From a virus, in IMG/VR virus record IMGVR_UViG_3300025133_000033: a stretch of 64,000 nt of DNA. One strand, given 5' to 3'. Each line of letters opens with the position of its first letter. Positions within the stretch are counted from its first letter, which is position 1. The notes under the pieces were generated by a model, which saw only the letters and a list, made by a program, of their open reading frames with translations, was not told the origin of the DNA and ran no database searches. Below, in pieces: positions 29,396 through 38,346 of this stretch. The translations under genes and the position numbers were made by a program.

Positions 29396-30532
29396 TTAAT
29401 ATCTCCCTAAGATCGTATACTTATTATTCAATACAGAGATTCCCTGTAGGCCCCAACCATACATTCCTGCACGCCGTTGTCGATGAGGGTTAGAATCACT
29501 ATAAAGCATGATATCCTTTTGTGTCTCTGGCCTGGTTATATAAAAAGGATATGATCCATTGGACTGATCTAGACCAAGACAAAACATTTCGCTCTTAAGA
29601 GAAATAGGAGGTAGCCCCAACTCATATGTTATAAATCTGTTAGCTTCTCCCGCATAAGAGAAGCTGTCATGGAAATGTATCTTGATACCTTTATAAAGAA
29701 GTCCTTTATTTTTGATAGCTTCTTGCCAAGCCTTTTCTCCATATTCTTCTATAAACCACGACTGAATAAGCTCGGGACTAGTATAAGCGTCGGTAAGACA
29801 CCTTCCATCCTCCCTCATCTTTTCTTTCATCTTCTCTATCAGCATGATACTCTGTCCTGATACAGTGTTATTGCGATCAAAGGCAGCAGCAATCAAAGTA
29901 TTCCAAGCGTCTGTAGATAGTTTGCTTCTAAAGGATTCAATGAAGGCTTCTATTGCTGCCCCTAATATATCCCATCGAACATCACGACAGTAGACCAAAC
30001 GCCAGTCTATTGAGCTTGCTATTTCATAGTTTGGTACGGCTACATGGTCTCCTTCTGTGAGTCTATCTGGGACATGGCCATGATTAGGTATTATATAGGC
30101 ACTGTCTATGCCTTTTGGCAACGAGAAGACACAATAGGAGTTGTGGTTTGGAGACTCTGGAACATAGTGAAGCTCATGAAAAATATCAAAGACAATATCT
30201 TCCCGTATAGAAGCATTTACGCCATCCTGAATAATAACACAGAACTCTTCCATCGCAGCTTCAGAGGTCTTCATGTCATAACTGCCTATCCTCATGACAA
30301 TATCATTAATCACTGCTTGTGGAGGCAGATTAAAGCCTTTATTCGAAGGGGCTGTCTTCCTCATAGGAGACATTACCTTCTTGAGATCTACCTTTAAGTC
30401 CTTGCCTATATCGGGATCTACATCATCTAAAGTAGTAGTTGATATGTTGACTCCAGCAGCCTCAAGATCGACAGCAAGAGGGACGCTAATACCTAAGACG
30501 CCTAACGCTTTTACAAAGTCTCTTCTTTTCAT
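29396..30532 (-). CDS. Tat-signal protein resembling a major capsid protein
   Basis: MKRRDFVK plus h-region plus LEA. The body (IPNHGHVP...EGD.V.VP.Y.I.SSID...RWDI; HRQRRAGMYGW) matches from memory the capsid proteins of related large phages. Confidence 0.6.
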   Translation of the reverse strand: MKRRDFVKALGVLGISVPLAVDLEAAGVNISTTTLDDVDPDIGKDLKVDLKKVMSPMRKTAPSNKGFNLPPQAVINDIVMRIGSYDMKTSEAAMEEFCVIIQDGVNASIREDIVFDIFHELHYVPESPNHNSYCVFSLPKGIDSAYIIPNHGHVPDRLTEGDHVAVPNYEIASSIDWRLVYCRDVRWDILGAAIEAFIESFRSKLSTDAWNTLIAAAFDRNNTVSGQSIMLIEKMKEKMREDGRCLTDAYTSPELIQSWFIEEYGEKAWQEAIKNKGLLYKGIKIHFHDSFSYAGEANRFITYELGLPPISLKSEMFCLGLDQSNGSYPFYITRPETQKDIMLYSDSNPHRQRRAGMYGWGLQGISVLNNKYTILGRY

Positions 30533-31539
30533 TATTCTAGTCCTGCCATTTCTCTTACTTGTTTATTTAAATCATCAAAAGCTTCTCTGTCTTGTTCAAG
30601 ATACGCGGCTGCTTTTACCTTCCCTTGGAACTGACTATCATCTGGCCACTTGATCCATGCTCCAGCTTTTCTTAAGATCCCAAAGTCACATGCCACGTCA
30701 ACCAATTCCATTTCCTCCCAAATGCCATGCCCATACTTCATGTAGCTTTGCACCTTTTGACCTGGAGGAGTGTTCGTTGCGGTGTTCTCCACGATCCAAT
30801 TAATCTTCTGCCCTATCTGATGCTCACCTTGTTTTAAAGGCTCTTTATGGGTAGCGTATAGCTTCACGTCTTGGGCATATTTCAGTGCGTTGCCCGACTT
30901 CTCTGTCTTCTTTTTTGCATTTCCCATAGCACCAATGTTAGCCATGATATGAGTGATCCCTACAAGAGTTACTCTATTGATAGGCAACACATTAGCGAAG
31001 CGACGGGTAAACTTTGCAATAAACTTTTGCATAACCGCAACCTGTGCATCTTCAATATCTTGCACCAGCTCTTTTTCTGAAGCTAGAGCTGAGAAGGAGT
31101 CTATAACTCCAACAGAATGTGGTACATAGTGAACCAGCTTATCAAAAATTGAAAGATATTTCTCTCCCGTTAAGATGTTGCCTTTCTTTGATCCGATAAC
31201 CTTAAAAAACTCTGGGTCAAGATCAAGGCCGTTCACTCCAAGTAGGTCACGCTTCTTGAGGCGACCCTCAATATTGCCATACATAATCTTACGACGAGTG
31301 CCATCTTCTAGCAGTACCTTCTGAGCGTTCTTACAGAACTGTAATGCTGTAACAGTTTTACCAACCTTCTCTGGGCCAGTCATGACAAACAAAGAGCCTT
31401 CGGGAACTCCTCCCCCCAAGGCTATGTCTAGTTTAGGTGATAGTGGAATTATAGGAGGAGCATTCTCAATGATCGTTGCTGGATCAAGTAATACTTCCCC
31501 GTACTCTTTAAGGATATCTTTTTCAAATGCGTCATTCAT
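30532..31539 (-). CDS. recA: RecA/UvsX-like recombinase
   Basis: LDIALGGGVPEG, GPEKVGKT, IDSFSAL, SGNALKY, KAGAW. Confidence 0.88.
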   Translation of the reverse strand: MNDAFEKDILKEYGEVLLDPATIIENAPPIIPLSPKLDIALGGGVPEGSLFVMTGPEKVGKTVTALQFCKNAQKVLLEDGTRRKIMYGNIEGRLKKRDLLGVNGLDLDPEFFKVIGSKKGNILTGEKYLSIFDKLVHYVPHSVGVIDSFSALASEKELVQDIEDAQVAVMQKFIAKFTRRFANVLPINRVTLVGITHIMANIGAMGNAKKKTEKSGNALKYAQDVKLYATHKEPLKQGEHQIGQKINWIVENTATNTPPGQKVQSYMKYGHGIWEEMELVDVACDFGILRKAGAWIKWPDDSQFQGKVKAAAYLEQDREAFDDLNKQVREMAGLE

Positions 31540-31970
31540 TCTAGGTCTTTCAGTTCTGATATTACGGATTTCTTTGAATTGTTACTATCAAAGGTCTTCT
31601 TTTCCCTAAAATCATATAACACCTCTTCAGCTATTTGTCGAGAGATCTCCTCCTTCAGTACATACTCTTCAATGACCTTATGTAGCCACCCGCTACGAAG
31701 AGAGTAGGTCTTGTATGTACGATTATCGCGTAGAGCAGCGATAACAGCATGTTCTCCATGCTCTTTGATGAGGCGGTTAGCTAATACGACCTGAAATTGA
31801 AAATACTTTTTCCAATCTGGCAATTCCCAGAAGCGAAGGGGTAGATCCGCTCTGTCATTCTGAGCCTTTTTTTCACAGATAAGCTCAGCTATGTACTGGG
31901 CGGCATGAACCCATCCTCGGGGAGCATACCTGGATTGATAGCGACTTTTATCAGATCGTTCTTTGGCCAT
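31536..31970 (-). CDS. hypothetical protein
   Basis: 144 aa coupled ORF. Confidence 0.6.
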   Translation of the reverse strand: MAKERSDKSRYQSRYAPRGWVHAAQYIAELICEKKAQNDRADLPLRFWELPDWKKYFQFQVVLANRLIKEHGEHAVIAALRDNRTYKTYSLRSGWLHKVIEEYVLKEEISRQIAEEVLYDFREKKTFDSNNSKKSVISELKDLE

Positions 31971-32324
31971 TTATTTTTCGTCAGAGATTTTATGGATTGT
32001 TTTCTTGTACCTTTCCTTAATTGTACTCTGGCTTTCCCCTTTTGGCCTCTCACCCCTAGAAGATTCTGCTTCGGTCATAATGCTGACACCTGTGCTATTT
32101 TTCATCATAGTTTTACGAACAAAGAGTCCCTTGTTTTTACCTTTCGGCTTTTCTTTTTCAGTCTCTTCTACCTCCGCCTCGGCCAGACTACGTAGATGCT
32201 TCTCAATAGTAGCTTCCTTGCGACCTGTCTCTTCTTCTATTTCTGCGAAGCTATATCCGTCCTCAAACATACCCTCTATCACATACTTCTCTGACTTTCC
32301 TAGTCTACCTTTTGCTGTCATCAT
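31971..32324 (-). CDS. HTH-containing protein
   Basis: GYSFAEIEEETGRKEATIEKHL. Confidence 0.55.
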   Translation of the reverse strand: MMTAKGRLGKSEKYVIEGMFEDGYSFAEIEEETGRKEATIEKHLRSLAEAEVEETEKEKPKGKNKGLFVRKTMMKNSTGVSIMTEAESSRGERPKGESQSTIKERYKKTIHKISDEK

Positions 32325-32731
32325 ACTTCCCTTTCTGCGTTGTTAAGCCATGCTGCATTTCTACTACGGAGAAACTTGATATAGTAGGTAAAAACCTTTT
32401 GGGTCGCTTCTTTAAACTCCCATGCTGGCTTACCCGCATGACGGTGTTGTTTACGTTGAGTCCCCTCGCTGTATAGTCCGATGGGATTAAATAGCTTTCC
32501 GTACTTTCCTCTTTTCACATAATAGCGAATTCGAGTTCCTGTATCTACCCTTATTGCATAGGCATCAGGAAGGGCGAAGATATCTGTCCCTTCGTCAAGG
32601 GCATTTATATCAACCATAGGATATTCTTCAGCATTTAAATAGTCTTCTGTGCCTTTAAATGTGAATACTTCTGTGGCCTGATCCCTGACTGTATCATTAG
32701 CATCATCATTTTTGATTTGAAAATAACTCAT
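32321..32731 (-). CDS. hypothetical protein
   Basis: 136 aa coupled ORF. Confidence 0.6.
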   Translation of the reverse strand: MSYFQIKNDDANDTVRDQATEVFTFKGTEDYLNAEEYPMVDINALDEGTDIFALPDAYAIRVDTGTRIRYYVKRGKYGKLFNPIGLYSEGTQRKQHRHAGKPAWEFKEATQKVFTYYIKFLRSRNAAWLNNAEREV

Positions 32732-33162
32732 TTCTTTTTCTTTCTCTTCTTTATAGCCTGTTTCTTAGTAATAGGAGAAGGCATACTGCCGTCCTCGGTC
32801 ATTCGGGTCATACCAGTAGGCAATTCTTCCATCCCTCCGCTGCGATTTTCCCTTTTATCAAACTTATTAAAGTCCTGGCTCATTTCTTCGCATTTATCTT
32901 TGCCGTATTTTTTAGTTTGTTTGTCCGCATATTCACCAAGTGTCGCACACTCGTGGAGACCCTTGATATAATTAGTGACCATAGTATCCGAAGAGTAATC
33001 CCTATAGACCTTACTACTAGAACACTCAGGGCACTCAGCATCATTAAGCTTCTTTTCATAGTCGTTAAAGCTCCATAATTCGCTCCAGGGTTGATCGCAA
33101 TCCTCGCATCTTAAACTATACTCAGGCATTTTTTGCTCCTTTAGCAAGGATATCTGCCGCAC
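32728..33162 (-). CDS. FmdB-like zinc-ribbon protein
   Basis: MPEYSLRCEDC...CPECSS; likely start MPEY. Confidence 0.7.
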   Translation of the reverse strand: MRQISLLKEQKMPEYSLRCEDCDQPWSELWSFNDYEKKLNDAECPECSSSKVYRDYSSDTMVTNYIKGLHECATLGEYADKQTKKYGKDKCEEMSQDFNKFDKRENRSGGMEELPTGMTRMTEDGSMPSPITKKQAIKKRKKKK

Positions 33163-33772
33163 GAGCCATTACATCCCATCGAGCATCCTTGCAATACATT
33201 AGCTGGAAATCAATAGCAGAGCTAACAGGCTTCTCTTCTTTTGGTTCTGTCCAAGACTTGGTATTCCCAACCATTGTTATTTCTTCTGTAAAGTCATCAT
33301 CAACAGGAAAGATTAGATGCCTACGGTAAGGGCCTCTGCGACCTAATTCATGAATCTCTTCCCTGTCTAAGTCTTTACATACACCAATTGAGCTTCCATG
33401 CATATGAGCTATTTCCGAAGAGTTACTTAATATTTCTTTTCGTGTTTCTTCGTCTATTTGATCGACACTCCAGTTTTTAATGTCCTCCATAGCCTCTGGA
33501 GATATATATAAATCGGAAAGATTACCTTTATCCCAGTAGTAAGAAGGATTTGCTTTCTGCTTTTTCATGACCTCTTTCATTCTTTTAGTGAAACCTTCTC
33601 CATAATCGAATTCCACTAGATTTTCGTCTACCCCTAATGATGCAGGCTCGACCCCCTTTGTGTGGTCTACTAGGTCTTTAGCTTGTCCCGAACGGGAAAG
33701 AGGGCTCGCTCCAACAGCAGCCGCCAAGCCTATAGCACACGTTCTAAAGAAGCTTCTTCTGTTTATATTCAT
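33122..33772 (-). CDS. Tat-signal mosaic of capsid-like and tail-tube-like segments
   Basis: NRRSFFR plus h-region plus GQA; shares two segments with 29396..30532 and one with 33975..34559. Confidence 0.6.
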   Translation of the reverse strand: MNINRRSFFRTCAIGLAAAVGASPLSRSGQAKDLVDHTKGVEPASLGVDENLVEFDYGEGFTKRMKEVMKKQKANPSYYWDKGNLSDLYISPEAMEDIKNWSVDQIDEETRKEILSNSSEIAHMHGSSIGVCKDLDREEIHELGRRGPYRRHLIFPVDDDFTEEITMVGNTKSWTEPKEEKPVSSAIDFQLMYCKDARWDVMARAADILAKGAKNA

Positions 33773-33974
33773 TTACTACATCCTCGTAAGAAATTCTTGC
33801 TCGTCCTCTTTTAGTTTTCATAACTTTTAGAAAACGCTTTCGTTGCCATTCAATAAAGTATAGCACAGATTCAGTCAATTCGTGGCCATCCAGAAAATAA
33901 TGTTCTGCCAGAATGGGGTCATCAATTAGGTTGTCTGTAAAATGACGGAGAACATCATCTATTTCAATAGCCAT
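33744..33974 (-). CDS. hypothetical protein
   Basis: 76 aa coupled ORF. Confidence 0.5.
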   Translation of the reverse strand: MAIEIDDVLRHFTDNLIDDPILAEHYFLDGHELTESVLYFIEWQRKRFLKVMKTKRGRARISYEDVVNEYKQKKLL

Positions 33975-34559
33975 TTAGATAGTAGCCTTTGCTAGTTCTT
34001 TAGGAGGGATAGGAGACCATTGTAAACAGCATAATTTTAGATCAGAGATGGTGCATCTCCTATAGGTATTCCCTCCTTCACTGTTTATTCCACCGTCTTT
34101 TATTATCATAATCAGCTCATACTTCTCACCATAAGGAGTGGCAGGATGGTCTTCCAGAAGATCATATATAGGCTTTCCGTCACGTCGAAGAATATGATAA
34201 GGTTCATCTCGATTATGGAAGGACTTTTGAGCAGGAGACTCGTCCCATCTCATATTTTGATCTCCTAGTGCCTGTAATGTCATGATCGTGACAATACCCT
34301 TGTACTCTATCTCTATCTCAACATCAATTGTACGAAAACGGTCAGGGTTTTCATATAAAGCTATTTGACCAAGCTCAAAGACTTGCTCTAGATCATAAGA
34401 GATAGTAATATTCACGCTTTTAATATTATCTGATGAGATATATTTGGGACCACGACCCTTGACTAGAGGCTCTGCTTTAGCAGCCTTCTCGCCTAAAAAA
34501 GGCAACGCCCCCAGAAAAGGAAGCGTTGCCATAGACTTAAGTAGATTTCTTCTCTTCAT
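33975..34559 (-). CDS. Tat-signal protein with a tail-tube-like segment
   Basis: MKRRNLLK plus h-region plus AKA; SVNITISYDLEQVFELGQIALYEN. Confidence 0.55.
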   Translation of the reverse strand: MKRRNLLKSMATLPFLGALPFLGEKAAKAEPLVKGRGPKYISSDNIKSVNITISYDLEQVFELGQIALYENPDRFRTIDVEIEIEYKGIVTIMTLQALGDQNMRWDESPAQKSFHNRDEPYHILRRDGKPIYDLLEDHPATPYGEKYELIMIIKDGGINSEGGNTYRRCTISDLKLCCLQWSPIPPKELAKATI

Positions 34560-34779
34560 CCTCTTGTTCCTCCAGAATATATCCTGAGTAGTTTAAACAT
34601 TTCTTACAGTACAGCTTAGCCGCTCTTAGTTCAACGGCGTCAGGAGACATTTTGAGGCGAACAGATGCGTCAGATTTATTATATCTGTTCGTAACTTTAA
34701 CATTTGGGATGAGTACCGTTACATTATCACCATCGTCGAACATGCGATTACAGCCATCACAACGATTTTCGTGCGTCAT
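34537..34779 (-). CDS. zinc-finger protein
   Basis: CDGC...CKKC. Confidence 0.55.
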   Translation of the reverse strand: MTHENRCDGCNRMFDDGDNVTVLIPNVKVTNRYNKSDASVRLKMSPDAVELRAAKLYCKKCLNYSGYILEEQEDEEKKST

Positions 34780-35330
34780 ACTTTAACGAAATCCTTCCAT
34801 TCTTCTGGCATGGACTGCCAAGGGGATAGCCCCACATAGAACGAACCACTCTCAGGTTCTTTAGGCACGGCCAATAGACGCATATTGGCCTGCTTTGGAG
34901 TTCTGTTTCCTTTTGAAGAGTTGCAACGCCAGCAAGCAATAACTGTGTTGTTCCAAGTATGAGCCTCTACAGGGTCATCAAAGTGAGACTTTGGTACAAC
35001 ATGGTCAATAGTAGATTTCCCCGGCTGTACTCCCTCTCCACAGTATTGACAAGAGCGATTATCGCGAATCAATAGGTTCCGCTTTTTCAATGCAATCTTA
35101 CGACGACGCTTAACGTATCGGTTAGATACAGCTACGGCAGGCAGAGGGAACGGATCTCCTCCTGCGGAGATAACATAGTCGTCATCGTAGTATGAGATAA
35201 CACGGATGCCTTCTCCTGGCATTTCTTTACCGATAATGTCCAAGCATAGTGCTCTCTTCCAACTAACAACCAGCAAGGGTCGATAGTCTTGGTTTAAGAT
35301 TAAACATGGTTGGTGCTTTATTTCAAGCAT
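34776..35330 (-). CDS. HNH endonuclease (McrA-like)
   Basis: LILNQDY.P, RDNRSCQYCG, TIDHVVPKS, W.N.V.AC..CN..KGNRTP. Confidence 0.9.
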   Translation of the reverse strand: MLEIKHQPCLILNQDYRPLLVVSWKRALCLDIIGKEMPGEGIRVISYYDDDYVISAGGDPFPLPAVAVSNRYVKRRRKIALKKRNLLIRDNRSCQYCGEGVQPGKSTIDHVVPKSHFDDPVEAHTWNNTVIACWRCNSSKGNRTPKQANMRLLAVPKEPESGSFYVGLSPWQSMPEEWKDFVKV

Positions 35331-35460
35331 TTTAAAACTCCGGCGAAAGGATTATAAAAACAGCCCTACAAAGATAATTATAGCGGCTTATCACACCTCA
35401 AGGGCATTTTCTAGGGATTCATGTAAAAAAAGGGGCCGTGTTTCCACAACCCCTAAGTCA

Positions 35461-35691
35461 CTAATCTGTGTCTATTTTTACTTGGATATTTTTTAACTTA
35501 ATATTAATTTCAACCCCATCAGGAGTCTCTTTAACATCAACTTTATCCCATAGTTTGGTCGCCTTTGCAACATGCTCGCGAGTAATTCCAAGTTCAAGCA
35601 AGAACTTGTCTATCATCCAACTACGTAGTGACCCCGCTCTCTCTTCTCTCTTTTTCGACATCGTTTTCTTCTTCCTCTTTGTGTGCGTCAA
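35461..35691 (-). CDS. hypothetical protein
   Basis: 76 aa ORF followed by a hairpin/T-run terminator at about 35426-35455. Confidence 0.5.
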   Translation of the reverse strand: MTHTKRKKKTMSKKREERAGSLRSWMIDKFLLELGITREHVAKATKLWDKVDVKETPDGVEINIKLKNIQVKIDTD

Positions 35692-35950
35692 CTAACATAG
35701 GGAAGACTTCTTTAAGCTTAACGCAAGCCTCGTCTAAGCCGTGCTCACGACAACCATCAGCAAGACATTCCCATTTACATACTAGATCGGCCAACTCAGA
35801 TTCATTATGCACGACAGGCTTTTTCTCTGAGTCATCCCAGAAGTCACCTAAGTACCCTTGGATGGTAGGCCATAGTAAAAACGCACCCGCCGCAAGAAGA
35901 ATAAGTTGAAAGGTATCAAGGTTTTTTACAAATCCTAAAATATTATCCAT
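35621..35950 (-). CDS. single-TM membrane protein
   Basis: FQLILLAAGAFLLWP. Confidence 0.55.
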   Translation of the reverse strand: MDNILGFVKNLDTFQLILLAAGAFLLWPTIQGYLGDFWDDSEKKPVVHNESELADLVCKWECLADGCREHGLDEACVKLKEVFPMLVDAHKEEEENDVEKERRESGVTT

Positions 35951-35965
35951 TACTCGCCCCTTCTC

Positions 35966-36145
35966 TTATTTGGTTTCACGAACAGCATCACCGATGATCC
36001 ATGCCACAACTATAGTAGAGATAGCAACCAGTTGCTCGGTATCTAATTCCACACCAAACACATCTTGACCAACTACAGCCACCAAACCTGCTGCTGCTGC
36101 CCAGAATCTACGGGATTTTAAAAGCGTTGATAGTTTATTTTTCAT
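35966..36145 (-). CDS. 59-aa two-TM holin-like protein (not in ORF track)
   Basis: MKNKLSTLLKSRRFWAAAAGLVAVVG...LVAISTIVVAWIIGDAVRETK; AGGGG RBS. Confidence 0.6.
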   Translation of the reverse strand: MKNKLSTLLKSRRFWAAAAGLVAVVGQDVFGVELDTEQLVAISTIVVAWIIGDAVRETK

Positions 36146-36163
36146 TATGTTCCCCTTTCAGGA

Positions 36164-36541
36164 TTAATACGATTTAAACCAAAGTTTACGTTCATCGTCA
36201 GTAAACTTATACACCATACCCACAACACCGTCATACAAATAGGCTCTTTCTTTTCTCGGAACCTTGCGTGCTACGACAGTCCATAGGATAAATCTTTGAA
36301 AAATTGAAAGCTTACAGCTTTTTCTAATAGCCAGCTCTTTATCTCGATGATACCAGTTCCAGATTATCATTCCAATCCGGTATAATAGATTCACTAACAT
36401 GATTATAGTGACTATATCAAAGGTATAATTGTCTTCTTTTGCATCTTCACTAGCTAGATCATAGACCTTTGCTGCTAATGGAAGTAGCTCAGGATGATCA
36501 ACTTCTGACCCAAACCGAGCCTGTATTTCTTCTAATTTCAT
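36164..36541 (-). CDS. membrane protein
   Basis: Hydrophobic segment DIVTIIMLVNLLYRIGMIIW. Confidence 0.55.
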   Translation of the reverse strand: MKLEEIQARFGSEVDHPELLPLAAKVYDLASEDAKEDNYTFDIVTIIMLVNLLYRIGMIIWNWYHRDKELAIRKSCKLSIFQRFILWTVVARKVPRKERAYLYDGVVGMVYKFTDDERKLWFKSY

Positions 36542-37359
36542 CGTCTAAATAGACCTCCGAAAATACCCCTACGTCTATATCTTCTATTAGACGAGGGTGG
36601 TGAAACTTTAGGTGGAGATGCCTTCTTACAAGAGACACACTCTTTCTTCTTTGGAACCTCTACAGGAGGAGCCTCAGTACCACACTTAGGGTTATGGGTG
36701 CATTTCTTACCAGATTCTATGCATGGGCATGGAGTACGGTGCCCATCTCCATGAATAATATATCCCAGCCCCTCGCACGGACAGTCTTCGTCTTCGTCTT
36801 CGTCTGGAGGGTCGGGCTCTACATTAGCATATTCCTTAATCGCTGACAATGCCTTCGCTTTATACGACTCGTATTCTTTATCTTGTTCAGACTTATATAG
36901 TTTCCATGACAAGCCATAGAAGAGTCGAGCTAATCTTCTTTTTTTATCTCCAGTTATAGGGTCCGTATCAGTCTGTGGCCCTAAAACTTTAGTCATAGCT
37001 TTCGCAACGGATGGAGAGAACTTTGGATATTTAGGAGACCCGTTGTCCATAAGCTCCGAACCAAATGTTTTCTTGCCAATAAAATCCATAAGGTATTGGA
37101 CTTGGAGATTCGTGTTAAGCGTAACCTTATCGAGCTTCTCTGATAAAGCATTGAACAGTCCTGCCAGCTTACTAGAGCCAGCATCATCTGAAACACTAAT
37201 ACCGTCAACAAGTGCAACGATATCTGCTTCTGGCTTCTCCAGCTTTGCATCACCTAGAGGTAATATTCCTCCAGACTTATACAAAAACGCTATAGCGATA
37301 AGCAAAATTCCTAGCAGCCCCCTAAAATTTAACCTACTCTCTTTTTCCATTATACCCAA
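36538..37359 (-). CDS. membrane-anchored protein with a Cys-rich C-terminus
   Basis: N-terminal TM; CPCEGLGYIIHGDGHRTPCPC. Confidence 0.6.
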   Translation of the reverse strand: MGIMEKESRLNFRGLLGILLIAIAFLYKSGGILPLGDAKLEKPEADIVALVDGISVSDDAGSSKLAGLFNALSEKLDKVTLNTNLQVQYLMDFIGKKTFGSELMDNGSPKYPKFSPSVAKAMTKVLGPQTDTDPITGDKKRRLARLFYGLSWKLYKSEQDKEYESYKAKALSAIKEYANVEPDPPDEDEDEDCPCEGLGYIIHGDGHRTPCPCIESGKKCTHNPKCGTEAPPVEVPKKKECVSCKKASPPKVSPPSSNRRYRRRGIFGGLFRR

Positions 37360-38276
37360 CCTCCTAAGCCATAATTTGGTAACTGACGTGCAGGAAATCC
37401 TTTTACATCGCTGAACGCAAAGGAACCGCGAGCATTCAAAATGGATCGAGCATCACGCTCACGCACCCAAAAGCTTCCATCAGGTTGACCGTGACGCTTG
37501 GGACCACCATTCCATTTTCCCCAGCTATTCTGAATTAAAAACAACATCTCATCAAAAAGTTCGCGAGTATCATCACAGGCTATCCAGGCCATCGCATGAT
37601 TCCAAGAGCCAGAGCGTCTTGCAATGCCCTGAGCATCACGAGTAGACGAAAAGCCCAGACTACTACAGCATGACAAGGCGTATCCATTACCTAATGCGTC
37701 TCTAGCCTCTTCAACAGTTGACACTAAAGAGATAGTATTAACAGGATGCTTACGTGCCTCTGTTCTATATACTGAATCTGGTATCCGATGCTTAGCACCA
37801 CTAGATGAATCATAAACAGACAAGTCGAAATCAGGATATGCTTTACGAAGCAATACTCCTCCTGTTTGATTTACATATCGTGCCGCACCAGAACAAGACA
37901 TTCCTTGTCCTCTGTGGTCTCTTGACTGGTAAATCCCCTCAGTAGCACCTCGTGCTTCCCAAGATTCAGCCTCTCCTTTAATATCTATTTCTACAGCCCG
38001 AGTAATATCAACGGCACCTCTAGTAGCATGGCTTACACAGTCGCCCGTAGTTTGACGCTCCGAAGGACCATACCCAGGATCAAATTTTATTAAAGATTTA
38101 AACGGCAGACTGAGCTTTCCAGCCCCGCTCTCAGATAGTTCCCACGCTGCCGCACCAAACATAGGCATAGGCAGCTCTCCCAAAAGAGCCTTTAGGTCTT
38201 CTGGATCACACTCTGCTCCCGCAAAGCCCTGTGTATAGGCTTCAACGAGTTCTTCTGGAGAATTATAGTCATCCAT
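37350..38276 (-). CDS. papain-like (C1) cysteine peptidase
   Basis: RQTTGDCVSH (Q/C), WNHAM (H), IQNSWG (N). Confidence 0.85.
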   Translation of the reverse strand: MDDYNSPEELVEAYTQGFAGAECDPEDLKALLGELPMPMFGAAAWELSESGAGKLSLPFKSLIKFDPGYGPSERQTTGDCVSHATRGAVDITRAVEIDIKGEAESWEARGATEGIYQSRDHRGQGMSCSGAARYVNQTGGVLLRKAYPDFDLSVYDSSSGAKHRIPDSVYRTEARKHPVNTISLVSTVEEARDALGNGYALSCCSSLGFSSTRDAQGIARRSGSWNHAMAWIACDDTRELFDEMLFLIQNSWGKWNGGPKRHGQPDGSFWVRERDARSILNARGSFAFSDVKGFPARQLPNYGLGGWV

Positions 38277-38346
38277 TAAATCTTTCCCTTTTTATTTTAT
38301 TATAAAAATTAGATAGGCAAAGCAAGCCATACCTAATATAAATACA

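Noticed and set aside
35966-36145. Fifth Tat substrate (KSRRFW)
   Set aside because: 59-aa two-TM protein with no passenger domain; KSR(K/R)FW is typical of small holin-like proteins.
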